Source: Takakia lepidozioides
Lineage: Eukaryota > Plantae > Bryophyta
Direction: 5' to 3'
Assembly: GCA_030704615.1 (NCBI GenBank)
Contig: CM060732.1
Span: forward strand, 22,816,001-22,880,000
DNA: 64,000 nucleotides
Part shown: piece after piece, positions 49,046-62,364 of the stretch
How positions within the stretch are numbered: the stretch's first letter is position 1
Layout of the letters: every line of letters begins with the position of its first letter
Notes under the pieces: generated by a model
Told to the model about the DNA's origin: nothing
Databases searched by the model: none
What the model saw: only the letters and a program-made list of their open reading frames with translations
Made by a program: the position numbers and the translations under genes

Positions 49046-49175
49046 AAACGCCATTGTTCTAGTTCGGGGCCTAAAATGGCTAAGTCCCAAATCTGACTGG
49101 CACCAAAATCGGAAATTCGGCGCCATTTTTCCAGTTCCGGGCCTAGTCAGATCTGGGACTTAGCCATTTTCGGCA
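47195..49175. repeat. Repeated hairpin modules with poly(A) loops (~363-bp period in 47.2-48.0 kb)
   Basis: GGGACTTAGCCATTTTCGG...(A)n...CGGCTAAGTCCC arms, extended by palindrome copies; five poly(A) loops. Confidence 0.85.
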
Positions 49176-49599
49176 AGTAAATGCAATAAAATGTTGCATT
49201 TCAAGTCCACTGGTGCCACATTCCAACTTCACATGACCCTATTTCCGTGCCTCCTAACCTGGTCTGCTCATGCTTTTTTTTTTTCCGCTCATGCTCATGC
49301 CGCTCATGAAATAGCAGCCCCCGGTCAGCCTACTGAACCCTTGTGAGCTTTTCAGCTCATTTCCTGTAAATATATTTCCATCTTTCCATCTTCCGTCTTA
49401 TTCATGTGTCGCACCGTCCTCACCCTCGATTCATGCTTGCTCAATTGTGTACCTGGTAAATAAGAGAAATGGAAGCTGTAAGGTCTCTCATCCCCAAAAA
49501 CAAAACCAGGCAAAAAACAAAAACCACCCCCAATTCACCCCCAAAATCAACCCCCAACCCCCCCCCCCCCAGGCTGGCCTCGTGACTGCAGGAGTCGTA

Positions 49600-50257
49600 A
49601 TTGGCGACGTGTTTTTTGGGTGGGGGTCGCAAGCCGCGATGGTCGGGCATTGCAAATCCCATTTGCGAGCGGCAACGTCCGACACCCCCTGCAACGTGTT
49701 TGTTTGGTCGGGGGGTCGCAAGCCGCGATGCCCTAGCGTCGCGGAGCCCGCCACCTGCCTGCGCCATGTCTTTTATTTTTTTGATTAAATATAAAAAAAA
49801 GCGATGCCAGAGCGTCGCGAAAACCCACGCCCGGGCGTGGCGAAGCCCGACTCCTGCTCCTGCTGTTTTTTTTTTGCCACGCCCAATAGTCGCTTGGCGT
49901 ACCACCCGACTTACGCCACGTGTTTTTTGGGTTTTAGGATGGGATTCCTGGGCAGGTTAGAAAAAAAAAAGGGATGCGAGGCCTCGCCGTCGGTTGGAGG
50001 GCAGCGACGGCGAGACGTCGCTCGCAGGAGGCCCCTGCCATCGGCGCGGACGGCCCAAAAAGCGACGTCCGGCAGTCGCGGGAGTTGGGGCGGGGGCTCG
50101 TGACCCCATATGTCGCATTTTTGCGATGTCTTTTTGGCGACGCCCATGCGACGGCCGGGCGTCGCAAATATGGCGCCTGCCCCGTGCCCGAAATGTGCGT
50201 TTTCCCGACGCTGCGGCGTGGCCCGGGCGTCGCAAAGGCCCCCCTTTTCCTGTAGTG
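49600..50257 (+). mobile_element. CACTA element right terminus with subterminal repeats
   Basis: Ends CCTTTTCCTGTAGTG (reverse complement CACTACAGGAAAAGG); many TGCGACG/CGTCGCA repeats in both orientations. Confidence 0.8.
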
Positions 50258-51376
50258 GCACAACATGATGAGAGCTTCGAGTGTGGTGGACTATGTCAGT
50301 GAGAATTGTGTGAAGAAAACACGGCCACTCATAGGACGAGACCATCTGCATTGGTTTTGGTTCGGGAGATACGTTGATCCCTCTATTTGTTACCCGCGCC
50401 TTCTTCAACCTGATTATCTTGGTACGTAAATGTTTTCGGTGGTCATGAGAATTCTTTAAGATTTTTTTTTCTCATTCCTAAATTGTTGTTCATTCCTATC
50501 TTCATTGTGCTTCGGATTTTACTTCGAAGTGTCTCATTTTTTTAATTTTTTTTAATTTTTTTCTTTCCAGTGGATCATGAGGAAGAGCTGCGAAGCCTAA
50601 TTCGACAAGAGAAAGCCTTGATTCGAATGTTGAAATTGGGATCCCGCAAAGCTCCATCTTCAATGTCACGCAGTGTGGTTGCAAGCGTGAATACCGATGA
50701 TATGTTCAATCCTAGCGAGAAGAGAACAATGTCCAGTGGCGTTGAGAGCCATATTGAGATTCTTCTCAACCGTCTTCACACTGGCAAGACAACTAAACAT
50801 GGTATAAATAAACGACGACGTAGAGTTATGCCTCTCTTGCCTGCCACCAATCATCTTGTAAACGAATCGTCATTGCAAGGGGGATCTTCAGCTTCTTATG
50901 GAACTTGGTCTCAACGCTAAAATAATTTGACATAGTACAAAGAAGAAAATTTAGAAATTATATATGGTTGTCAGATAGTTCTACTTCAACGAGACGATCT
51001 TCACATGTATGTATCATTATTTGGTGCAAGACATAATGTCTAAGTACCAAACATTGATTCAATTTTTGAGTAAAATAATTTGTTTTTGATTATACATGAT
51101 TTTCTTTGTGTTTGGTTGTACTTTGAGATACTTCTCATAATTGTGTGTGGACGGATTGGTATATCCAGGAAACAAATGTCATTGTGGTTTGTGAAACCCA
51201 AGGTCCGATTGGGGTCTTGCGGTGAGGTTAGAGTCTGTCTCGTCTGTCTTGATGCCGTTAGCCTTACTCATGTGTTTTAATAGGCCGCATCACCAAAATT
51301 AATGAGTACAAAACATCAAAATTGTTTACTTTATGTGTATAAATAAACTGATTGTACTAAGTATACTGTCCATTTA

Positions 51377-51446
51377 GGAGGTAGCTCGTTGGACAACGTG
51401 TTGCGGCCAACGAGGAGGCGCTGGGTTCAAAATCTGGCATGAGCTC
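51377..51446 (+). other. Degenerate tRNA-like sequence (possible SINE head or tRNA pseudogene)
   Basis: A-box-like GTAGCTCGTTGG and B-box-like GGTTCAAAATC at tRNA-like spacing; no clean cloverleaf. Confidence 0.3.
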
Positions 51447-52718
51447 GGATTGACAATGCACTTCAATGTACTATCATCGACAAAGATAGTGTTGGTCTCA
51501 TCATATTGACCTTTGTACTTATCTCATACTCTCCTAAGAGGCTTCAGAAACACAGATGAAGGAGTATCATTTGCAGCTATGCTTTGATTGTACCCAGGGT
51601 GAGTCTCTGGTGGGCACTTAATGCAGTCAACTTGAGAAAACACAAAACAGACTGTGGAAGACCCATGAAATGCTCTTGACAATTGGCTTGAGGTTTTTAG
51701 CTGTCATGCAACTCCAGATAGCTATCACTAGAAGGAAAACACGGAATAACCACTATGTGAACCGCTGGTTTTGAGTGGGAAAGGACACTTAACCACTCCG
51801 AGCCTACCAGTGTTATAGAACGAGTGGATTTTGTGTCCCAGTGGTTAAACACATAACGTGTCACCAGTGGTTCGAGGTTTACTATTTCATGAGCAGAAAC
51901 CATGAGCCATGAGCCATGAGCCGCATGAGCCGCATGAGCGGTGAGCCGAAGTCTAAGATACGCGGATTTCATGAGCGGACTCCTCCAAATTTGGAAATGC
52001 GGCAGATTAAACAAGTATTAAAATAATAGTTTTTTATTTGACCTTGCCGTTTTTGGACGTTCCAGATCATGTAATGCGGCGAAGATATGTCGTCAGTAAC
52101 AAGTCCGCTCATGGTTTTATAGATCCGCTCATGGAAATAAGTGACCGTGCAACGGGAAATCCAGTATACCACTGCAAAAGGACGTCGCATACTGGCCTGT
52201 ATAGAGTATTCCGCGGTTTTACATGCCTTAACATTGGAATGAAGCTGACCCTTTTGCCGCGATTGAACCAATGGAGTCTGCACCAATACAGTATGCAGTA
52301 CTTCACAATTCTGTCTTCTTCGGGTATTCGGCGGGAAAGGTTTGCAACTGAACTGGGAAATAGGGTGCCGCATTAGGGTTCGCACGTGCGAAATTTCGGA
52401 GCGGTTTGGTGTTGGCGAAGGCCGCCTCTGGGGGTACCTACGACGATACTTGGAAATTCGGCGCCGCATTTCCTTGTCGGAGGTCGAATGAGGAGAGCAA
52501 GTTTTCGGAAAGCAGAAAAACATGAACCCTCCAACATACAAAAATACATGCACGTGGAAACAAGTGAACGATATAGTAATATCTTAGTTCGATCAAAACA
52601 GGTTACTGGTAGGCAAGACATATGTCGGACCTTTGTGTGGCCAGAGTCTGAGGTACTGGCAGCAGTACAGTTCTACTATCCGATGGGCGTACCATTGTAT
52701 GTGGACCGCAAGCCAAGC

Positions 52719-55700
52719 TCACTGGTCCCCTGGATCCATATTCAGAAGAGTGTGAACCTCCTGGGGGCTCAACCCTGGTGCATGTATGAAGTGATGAGTT
52801 GTGGAATTACAACGGAGTCTCTTTAGGTACACGTAGTACAAATGCTTGCAAGGGCAGTATGATGCCCCCTTGTTCGCCATGATCTGGAAGTCGGTGCAAT
52901 TGCAGGTGGGTAATTCTGAAATGGTGATGGTGTACACCTCATTGCGAACAGCTGAGCCCGCCGTGGCCATCTGATACACACGCCCGAATCCTGGTGGGGG
53001 CACTTCTGTCGAGCTCTGGATTGTACAGTTCATCCGAAGTGCATTCCCCATCCTTGTCTCGTTCACTTTTGAGGGAGGTCGCCGCCTCTTCGGTTTCCCC
53101 CAACGGTGTGTAGGATGCTTAGAGCTGTCGTGTCCCATTGTTCTTGCTCTCATAGGGGTCGGTGGTGGAGGCTGTGGAAGCGGAAATGGTTGTGTGGGCA
53201 CGTCAGTGCGCTGCACCATCCGAAATCCTGCGGCGGTAAGGGCGTCGGCCTCAACCTGACTCAGATCGCAGCCTGGTTCCACCGGCCACACCGGGGGAGC
53301 CTCTGGCATTGTCTGTATGCCGTACTTGGGCTTTCCATACACGCAAGTCATAATGTCGTGCCTGCAGAACCAGAACTGGGTGGTTGTCGCCTCCGCAAAC
53401 TTTGCATGGACAAATCTTCCTGTAAAAGTAGGAGCAGGGACAGCCCCATCTGGATTCCTCCTTATCATCTCTAAACAACGTTGCCGTGTATCCACACGAA
53501 TTGCGGAACACCTTCCTCGAAACGACGGCTTTGTGCGAGCAATTCTCCACTGTGAGGCAGACACAGTCGTCTCCACAATGGCTTGGCCATACTGCATAAC
53601 AGCGGGCGGAATGTGGGGCAAGGGAGCGGTGGGAATTTGTTGCACGAAATCCCCGGTTGAAGGCGACGGCGATCTGGAATTTCTTGGGCTTCCACTGCTG
53701 GAAGACACATTGTGCGGCAACATGACGGGACCTCGAGGTGCTGTCCGAATGTTCCTGTCGGATCTCCAGGAATCCTCTTCGCACCCAGGTTCCTCTTCAA
53801 TCCTCCGCCTGACAGGGCGAGTCCGGACGTCCCCCTCTAGGTGTTCACCTCTGCGGTGCAGAGGCGTCCCTTTGATCTTCTCTCGCAATGCTGTCGCCCA
53901 TTTCACTGGATTCTTGGACCTCGAAGCTGTTCGTACCAACAATTCCTCCTGTCCGGGCCCAAAGGGCCCATTGTTTGCCGCTCAGGAACTTGTAGTACGT
54001 GGCTTGCTGCATGATTGCTCTGTCGATGTCCTACGTTGTGGCCGTGACTACGTCCACCAGATGTGCGGCAGAAGACGTCTCGCCAGGAGGAGTGGACCGA
54101 TTCTGCATATTCGTGTTCGGCATGTCCGTGTCGGAATCCAAGCACCGCTCCTAGAAGACACAAACAACGGTGAGGGACCAATCGAAATGTCCGTAAAGAA
54201 AAGACAAATGAACGAAAATGACAGCAGCCTACCTCCCGCATGTACTGTCCGAACTGTCGATACCGAAAATGCCACCACCCCAACCAGCTGTGCAATGCTC
54301 CCAGAATTGGTTGTCTCCACTGCACCTGACGTGTTCCACCAAGCCTCGATGATAGCAAACTTAACTCCGCGTCATCAAATGTGGGTGCATCCTTCCACGC
54401 CGTACAAAGGACACGGTGTTCAGCCTGGAATGAGCTAGCAACAAATTTGGTAGTGTAGTGGGATAGACTCTGCATCCAATGGAATCCACAGGATCTCTCT
54501 TTCCCCTCCATTGGAACATTGGGGTCCTCACCGTACACACGCCGCACCGCTGCCCAGTTGGCCTGAGCGTTGTCTGCCATGAATCCCCTGAAATTGGGCT
54601 CTGGCAATCCCGCCCTTGCCATCTGCTGGTTTATGCCCTCCCACAGATGCATCTCGGACTGTGTGTCCTCCCCTTTCATCTCGCAGATTGCAATCGTCAT
54701 GAGCCTCTTGGAGTGATAGTCATAAACATGCGCACCCATAGTCACCCACTGATGGTGTTGTAATTCGCTTGATGTGATCAAACATCACCCAAGCATTCGA
54801 CAAGTTTCCAGTTGTCATGCGAGAGTGACCAAGTCGACTCCACTCCCAGGCCCACACGTCGACATTTTGAAATGTAACAACGATCGGATTCGCTGCCTTG
54901 CCCTGGAAACCTGCTACCTTGGATGTAGTCATATCCAGTCATTCGTTTCACCTCCAGGATTGAGTACATGTCCGACCCCCTGCCGAACTCCTGCTTGCAA
55001 GATACGATGTGATTCCGCACATTCGGACTACAAACGTGCGAGACGGACTCCAAGAGGTCACGCATCTCGTCTTCGGTCAAGGGCTCTCGGTCGGAACCAT
55101 CTTCAGACATGATTTTGCCAAGAGCAATCTTGTGGGCTGCCTTCAGCTGAATCTGCTTTGGTCTGGCTCCGGGGCTCAATTTCACCTCCTCTTTTATGAT
55201 GTCGTGTGCTTCCTGCACAGCCTCACGCATGTTGCCTCTCGCCAAGGGGTGGCAGTGGACCCCAACGTGTATGCAAGCTCTAGTCAAGTCCGGGAGCAAA
55301 TGGATTACGTAATATTGCTTGGCTCTGCACATGGACATGCACGTCGGTGGTTCTTTGCAATGTGCACACTTGAAAGAACCCGCAGGAGCTTGGCTGGAGA
55401 CAATGAATGGATGATGCGTTGTGCCAGTCCAATCCGTCTCGTTTCTCCGCCCTCCTTTGGAGAGAAAGTGGAAGCAGGTGGGATTGAGGCACCTCAGCTT
55501 CCCCGCACAGAGGACATATCGTACACGAACACCATCAGCAATTTTCGTGCTACTGGTCTTCGTCACACACCAGGGGTGTCCGTCATGCTTTCGATCCATG
55601 TCTGTTAACATCCCGGAGGCTTTCTTTGACGAAGAAACAGGTGGAAACTCGAAGATGACATTGCCATCGACTTCGGGAGGCAGAAAAGTTACCTTTCTGA

Positions 55701-56329
55701 CTGGGAATTTGGCATAGTCGAGAGCAGCCAGCTCGGAGCGAGAACCATCGAGGTGATGTTGTCGTAGGAGCTGCACAATGGACCGGGTTGGAGTTATGCT
55801 CGAGGGCACATGCGTAGCACCTACAGAGACGTCCATGCCGGATTTGAACGACCGTGTGGAGGACATGGGTACCTCAATGCAATCATCTTCCTCGTCGGAA
55901 ATGTCGAATACGTCCACACGAGAAGCTATGGAGGGTTGACGGTCCAGGTCGGGAATGATTATCGTTGCATACCTCTCTGTTGGCAGTGGCCGCCTCTCGG
56001 TTTCCGGACTCCTTTGTGGATGGTGTGGGCAGCGACTGATTCGGAAAGGGAATGGGCATTCCCACAGCTCGGTACAGGATGGTGTCTGACGGGGGGAACG
56101 TGCCATTCGATTCCGCAACCTCCGTCGTTACCTAGCACGACAATGGTCTCGTCAACCTGTCCAGGAGGACATCCTTCCTTTCTTCTTCCAAATAAACTGT
56201 GCCCGGTTTGAGCTTGAATTTGGAACAAAGGTAAGTTTCAGTCACTCTGCAAAGTCCTCCCTCGTTTGGGATCCAGGCTCTCCCAAGTTGCGGAGGACAG
56301 CAAACTATAGCGTAGGAATTCGGAGCCAT
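52719..56329 (-). pseudogene. MULE transposase (GCM-like/DDE/SWIM), full span with frameshifts
   Basis: MAPNSYAIVCC start through the SWIM C-terminus; same motifs as 30764-39770. Confidence 0.88.
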
Positions 56330-56754
56330 CGAACACCGCACGGAGTTGGCAAGTGCGAGGTTCAGTATAGCGACAGACCAAGGCTCACAGGCACCATCTA
56401 AGTGGATCTGCGGAGTCCATCGACAATTGGAAGTCGCACATTGAAGTGGAAAGTATTGTTTCAAGCTACATGCATGAAGGTGGGAGGTTTGATTCCATAG
56501 CCAGTGAGTAGGACAATGATGGCCGATTCGGCGACGAAATAACATCTCCTGACAGTTTCTCCTGAGGGTGGATCCAGCAGTATTCTCGGTGCAGACAGGA
56601 ACGTTCGCACTGACAAGTGCCAGGACTGCTGGTTAAAACGGTCAGACAACCAAGTTGTGCTCATCAAGACTGGCCGCAATTGTGTTGTTTCGGAACAATG
56701 CAACCCATTGAGGTTCCAGATTTCCCGTCACGAGTGATTCTGTCGATTGCTGGT

Positions 56755-58460
56755 GGACGGAAATACGGCGCCGCATTTCCGTATTGCATCTTGGTCATGC
56801 AACAGAGCGACGGAAATGCGGCACCGAGTTTCCGTCCGGGGAAACCTTTATACTCTCCAGAACGGAAATGCGGTAACGCATTTCCATCCAGCAAGCACGG
56901 TATGTGAAGGTGGAACGGAAATGCGGTACCGCATTTCCGTTCTGATTGAGATTTATGAACAACGGGAACAGAAATGCGGCACCGCATTTCCGTCCGAGTC
57001 GCACTTTTCGACATTCCAGAACGGGAATGCGGCGCCGCATTTCCATTTTGTATCTGATGCATGGAGCTGAGGGATAGAAATGCTGCAGCACATTTCCGTC
57101 CTTAAAAGACATTCATACTCTCGAGAACGGAAATGCGGTACCGCATTTTCATTCAACAAGCACGGTATGTGAAGGTGGAACGGAAATGCGGTACCGCATT
57201 TCCGTTCTGATTGAGAATTATGAACAACGGGAACAGAAATGCGGCACCGCATTTCCGTCAAAGTCGCACTTTTCGACATTCCATAAAGGAAATGCGGCGC
57301 CGCATTTCCATTTTGTATCTGATGCCTGGAGCCGAGTAAGATTCCGACAGCTTCATACAGCGCAATTCCGACCGGTTGAGACATTCACACTATCCAGAAC
57401 GGAAATGCGGCACCGCATTTCCGTTCTGACTGAAAATCGTGAACTATCTGAACTGAAATGCGGCACCGTATTTCCATCCGAGTCGCACCTACCATCATTC
57501 CAGAACGGAAATGCGGCACCGCATTTCCGTTCTGACTGAAAATCGTGAACCATCGGAACTGAAATGCGGCAACGTATTTCCATCCGAGTCGCACCTACCA
57601 TCAGGCCAGAACGGAAATGCGGCACCGCATTTCCGTTCTGACTGAAAATCGTGAACCATCGGAACTGAAATGCGGCAGCGCATTTCCATCCGAGTCGCAC
57701 CTCCAACATTCCAGAACGGAATGTATTAGATTTTAAAGGGAAATGCGGCACCGCATTTCCGTTCTGATGAAATATCCTGAAACATCGGAATTGAAATGCG
57801 GTACCGCATTTCCGTCGGAGTCCCACCATCCGACATTCCAAAACGGAAATGCGGCACCGCATTTCCGTTTTGTATGTGAGGCATGGAGCTGTGGAACGAA
57901 AATGCGGGAAGGCATTTCCGCCAGCGTCAGACGTTAATACTCTACAGAACGGAAATGCGGTACCGCATTTCCATTCTGACTGAAAATCGTGCGCAACGGG
58001 TACAGAAATGCGGCACCGCATTTCCGTTCGAGTCGCACCTTCCGACATTCTCGAACGGAAATGCGGCGCCGCATTTCCGTTTTGTATATTCGGCCTGGAG
58101 CTGTGCTACGGAAATGTGTTGCCGCATTTCCATCCATGTGAGACCTTCAACCTTTCCAGACCGGAAATGCGACACCGCATTTCTGTCCAGGTGAGACCTC
58201 TATACTTTCCCGAACGGAAATGTGGCACGGCATTTCCATTCATCAACTAACGTATGTGAAGTGGGAACGGAAATGCGGCGCCGCATTTCCCTTCTGAATC
58301 TCATACTTGGAGCTGTGGGACGGAAATGCGGCACCGTATTTCCGTTCAACAACTAAGGTATGTGAAGGTGGAACGGAAATGCGGTGCCGCATTTTCTTCC
58401 AACAAGTACGGATGTGTAGCAGTGATCGTACTTAACGGAAATGCGGCGCCGCATTCGCAT
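56755..58460. repeat. Phased 53-bp palindrome array, about 30 copies
   Basis: Starts at 56759, 56812, 56864, 56917 and onward; same repeat and spacer classes as 29070-30385 but with a different copy number. Confidence 0.93.
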
Positions 58461-58893
58461 TCTCGCTCCAACTCATCAGACGCTGGGACGGAAATGCCTT
58501 GAAATGTGAACACGTGGAGCAACGGAATTGCTGCACATGTCGGCACTCTATCTGACTGAAGGGGCATGAGGCGGCGCGGCCTGACCGTTGGATAATGATG
58601 TTTGATTTTCGGACGGCGGGCGTACCCTCAACGATTCGAATTTCGTAATGACGCAAACTCCACGAGGAGACACTTTCGTCCAACCTTTCGAACCCAAGTG
58701 GTGCATCACCGCCGTTTCATCTACTTTTGTCGTGTCTCCTCAGTCACCCCTCTCGCGCCCTTTCCATCTGCACTCTTTGCCCCTTTTCCCTCTCTCTGTT
58801 CTTCTTATGCTCGAACCTGAGAGGGGGGGAGTTCGTGCACCAGACAGGAGACCTCGTCGCAAGCTCCGGAAATTATACTTCGGACGTAGGCCA

Positions 58894-60586
58894 ATGCCGA
58901 AGGGGAGGAAGCAGATGCGTCTACAGGAGGAGATTGCCATCTCCGAGCAGCAGGCCACTCAGGCAACCCAGCCACCAGTGAGAGCTCCATGCGATCGGGC
59001 TGCGCGCAGCTGATCGAGCACCGAACCCCCCATTTTGCTTCTGTAATTCTTAGACTGAATGCTAGGAGACTTGAATGCAGAACATGTTTGCATGCCTAAC
59101 AGGAAAGGTGGACGTGCTGGAGGGATCGCAGGAATCCGAAGAGCCGCAGGAAGAGTCCGAGGAGCTAGCTGCAGCACGTACACCCACCCGATCCCCGAGC
59201 GCGGGTACTCCTGCCGGGCCTAGCCCTCTGCGATTCAAAGACGCGTCTTCGAAGGGCAAGTTCAAAGTCTCAGAGATCGACTCGCGTTCTTCGATCATGG
59301 AGAATCGCCAGCAGGGGTCGGGCCCTTCTCCAGCAAAGTCGAAGAAGAAGCAGCCCGTCCCTCTACTGGCTTCTGAACCGGCTCAGGCCGATTCACCCCC
59401 CCCAACGCGAATGAAGCAGCAGGGTAGAAGACAGATTCTATTGCAGCAGACACCTTCACCTGCAAGGATGAGGAAGCAGAAGGCAATCAGGGCGACGGCG
59501 AACAATCTCCCGCAAAAGCTTCCACGAGCTGAAGCTCAGTTCCTGGAGGATTTCCCGCCTGCAGATGTTGGGGCCGACTCTGCTGCAGCGAAGGCAATGG
59601 GATCGACCGTTGATCTCGATTTGGTACCGGAGGAGGGTGCTGCCGCTGAACGTTCGCAGGCAGACCTCACCACCGATGAGCTAGCAGGCCCGGAGGAGGC
59701 CTCTGCAGTGGCAGAATTGCCCGCACACAGGCCCCAGAGTGCAGCTCCAGTTGAGGATGCTCCACCTGCTCAGCCACTACCTGCACCTACAGACATGTCT
59801 CCGGAGGATTTCAAAAGTGCAGCGGATAAAATGTTGGAGGAGACACACAGTAGCATTGGCAGAGTTCTGGGCAGCAGGGTATTCCAGCGGACTCTTCGAA
59901 TCCCACTCTGTCGCATGGTCTCCCTTCCCATCGTCAGGCAGGCCCTTCCCGGAGATGTGGATAAGCTCAAGTTCGCATTTCGAGAAGGGTACCGTCTGGG
60001 ATCGGCAGCGTTTTACGTTTCCATAGAGAATGAGGACGGCGAAACCCGTGGACCCACTGCCGATGAATTGTCAACGTGGGATACCCACTGGCACACTCGC
60101 AACCACGAATTCGAGGCGACGCTGAAGGGTGATCCCGACTTCGGCCATATGTCGGGAAAAATGTTCTTTGTGTGGGACGGGAATCACCGACTTCTCGCCT
60201 GGTGGGAGTACATCAAGCAGAACCATGCCAAGCACATTGGCTGGCATTACATGGTGGAGTGTGTCATCCTCAAGGTGAAGGCGGCAGACTCCTCCCTCCT
60301 CAAGAATGCCATGGCGGACCTCAACTCGTAAGATACTCATACCCTCCCTAGCACATTCGAAATGCGGTGCCGCATTTCGGTTTCCATTCTGGTTTGATTC
60401 CGTGCTTCCGTGTACTGAACTGGAGAGTGTGCCTTGCAGGGTCACTGAGAATGCGTACGTGCATACCCACATGGCACATATGCTGTACAGGGTGAGGAAA
60501 ACTGGTCTTACTGATCCGCAGATGTTTGCGGAAATGCTGGAGCCGGAGCTCATTCAGAAAGCCGTTGCAAAAACAGACCGGACATG
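58894..60586 (+). CDS. ParB-MTase fusion gene, 5' exons (ParB/Srx-like domain); truncated by the gap
   Basis: 418-aa ORF with FFVWDGNHRLLAW (~60176); donor CTCAACTC|GTAAG; acceptor TTGCAG|GGTCACT. Confidence 0.8.
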
Positions 60587-61086
60587 NNNNNNNNNNNNNN
60601 NNNNNNNNNNNNNNNNNNNNNNNNNNNNNNNNNNNNNNNNNNNNNNNNNNNNNNNNNNNNNNNNNNNNNNNNNNNNNNNNNNNNNNNNNNNNNNNNNNNN
60701 NNNNNNNNNNNNNNNNNNNNNNNNNNNNNNNNNNNNNNNNNNNNNNNNNNNNNNNNNNNNNNNNNNNNNNNNNNNNNNNNNNNNNNNNNNNNNNNNNNNN
60801 NNNNNNNNNNNNNNNNNNNNNNNNNNNNNNNNNNNNNNNNNNNNNNNNNNNNNNNNNNNNNNNNNNNNNNNNNNNNNNNNNNNNNNNNNNNNNNNNNNNN
60901 NNNNNNNNNNNNNNNNNNNNNNNNNNNNNNNNNNNNNNNNNNNNNNNNNNNNNNNNNNNNNNNNNNNNNNNNNNNNNNNNNNNNNNNNNNNNNNNNNNNN
61001 NNNNNNNNNNNNNNNNNNNNNNNNNNNNNNNNNNNNNNNNNNNNNNNNNNNNNNNNNNNNNNNNNNNNNNNNNNNNNNNNNNNNNN
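60587..61086. other. Assembly gap (500 N)
   Basis: Run of N. Confidence 1.
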
Positions 61087-61618
61087 GTTAGAACCGCGGA
61101 TAGGAGGATAAAGGGAGAAACGGGGAATGAAGGAGGAGGATCATTATTCGGAGAGGACTTCTGAGTCAGGCTGGAGCGGAGATCGGAGGCAAGAGATAGA
61201 GAGCACGGTGAAGGAGAAAAGAGGATTAGTAGATGCTTGTTATATGCAAAGCTGTAGTGATATTGGAGAGCAGATTAGAGACATAATGGCTTCGGCCTGA
61301 TACCTGATAAATCATAATCTGATACTTATAAGATACAATCACACTGTGTAGAGAGATCTGAGAGAAGCTGTGGATTGAATGGATGAGTGAAGGAAACCGA
61401 TAGATTGATGAAGCAAACTGATACTTAATTATCAATGGTAAGGTAGCTAAGATGAATGCGGAAAGGGAAACAAATAGGAAACACCCCCATGATACACTAG
61501 CTGTAGGTCATGACTGATTGTTCTGCGCGGGGCTGAGTACTTAGAGATTTCCAACTCTTCTATCTTGGAGTTTCCGCCTCGGATAGCGAAGGGATGGGTG
61601 AGTAAAAGCCGCGCGACA
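61087..61618 (+). repeat. LTR-B LTR, 3' part (3' or solo LTR; no PBS follows)
   Basis: Reverse complement of 5982-6515; ends GCCGCGCGACA. Confidence 0.88.
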
Positions 61619-62037
61619 GATACCGCGCGGCGGCACCAGACCACCGAGGCGGCGACCGCATGTTGTCGAAAAACATTATAAGAATAACAAGATTGCGGAT
61701 GCGGCAAATGTGAGTGTTTTTCCCACCCCTCTCATTACCATTCATTTAAGGTACATTTAGGTTTATCTAATAATATAGTATGATTGGTAAGCATACATGA
61801 ATCCAAATTACGACATAAGTATTGATGCGTCGTTCACTACGCATATTGCAGCCACGACTTGATGCCCAAGCTCGCAATCACATTGCACAGGAGGCATTTC
61901 GCGACGGTCTACTTGCAGAAATAATACTAGAGCATGTGCCGATGTGACTAGTGGTTCCCCCAACAACACGTAGATGAGATGCGTAGGTCGAGGGGTATCG
62001 TAGGTGTCGTAGGCGTTATGGCCGGTGACGAGCAGGG

Positions 62038-62090
<53 letters not shown>

Positions 62091-62364
62091 TCTGTTTCTT
62101 GCCTGATCCACCTCCGGTAGTACCTGATCCGGACGTTGTACCCCGGCTGCACCTCTGAAATTACATCCTCAACCACCTCCACTTTCATCTCCTCCGCCAC
62201 TAGTACCACCTCCACCTCCACCTCACGTGCATGTGCCCCCCGAACCCCTAGGAGGGGTCGGCTTCGCCCTAGGTTTCCTCCCCTTCGGCTTGGGCGGCCT
62301 GAGTCGGATCCTTGCCCCCCATGGGAAACGCATAGGACTATGTTACTGAGGACCGTCAGCCTCG

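Larger units (their letters stand above)
42331..49322. mobile_element. MULE subfamily 2 deletion derivative, 8-bp TSD GGTCAGCC
   Basis: Termini GAGGTTTGCTATTTCATGAGC and GCTCATGAAATAGCAGCCCCC. TSD at 42323-42330 and 49323-49330. Truncated transposase plus arrays; no ParB-MTase exons. Confidence 0.92.
51874..60586. mobile_element. MULE subfamily 1 copy, inverted relative to 20301-40601, running into the gap
   Basis: TIR GAGGTTTACTATTTCATGAGC at 51874, then transposase, array and ParB exons collinear with the full copy. Confidence 0.92.

Noticed and set aside
50258-50920. Host gene or Ulp1-like protease remnant (QHDESFECG) interrupted by the CACTA end
   Set aside because: Plausible splice sites, but too short and ambiguous in frame to call.
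53317-54438. Long antisense ORFs overlapping transposase or MTase genes (also 17745-18422, 24731-25810)
   Set aside because: Shadow frames of GC-rich coding sequence; their extent differs between near-identical copies.
62040-62089. Poly-C tract encoding poly-Pro or poly-Gly protein
   Set aside because: Homopolymer of unreliable length; the surrounding ORFs have no recognisable domain.
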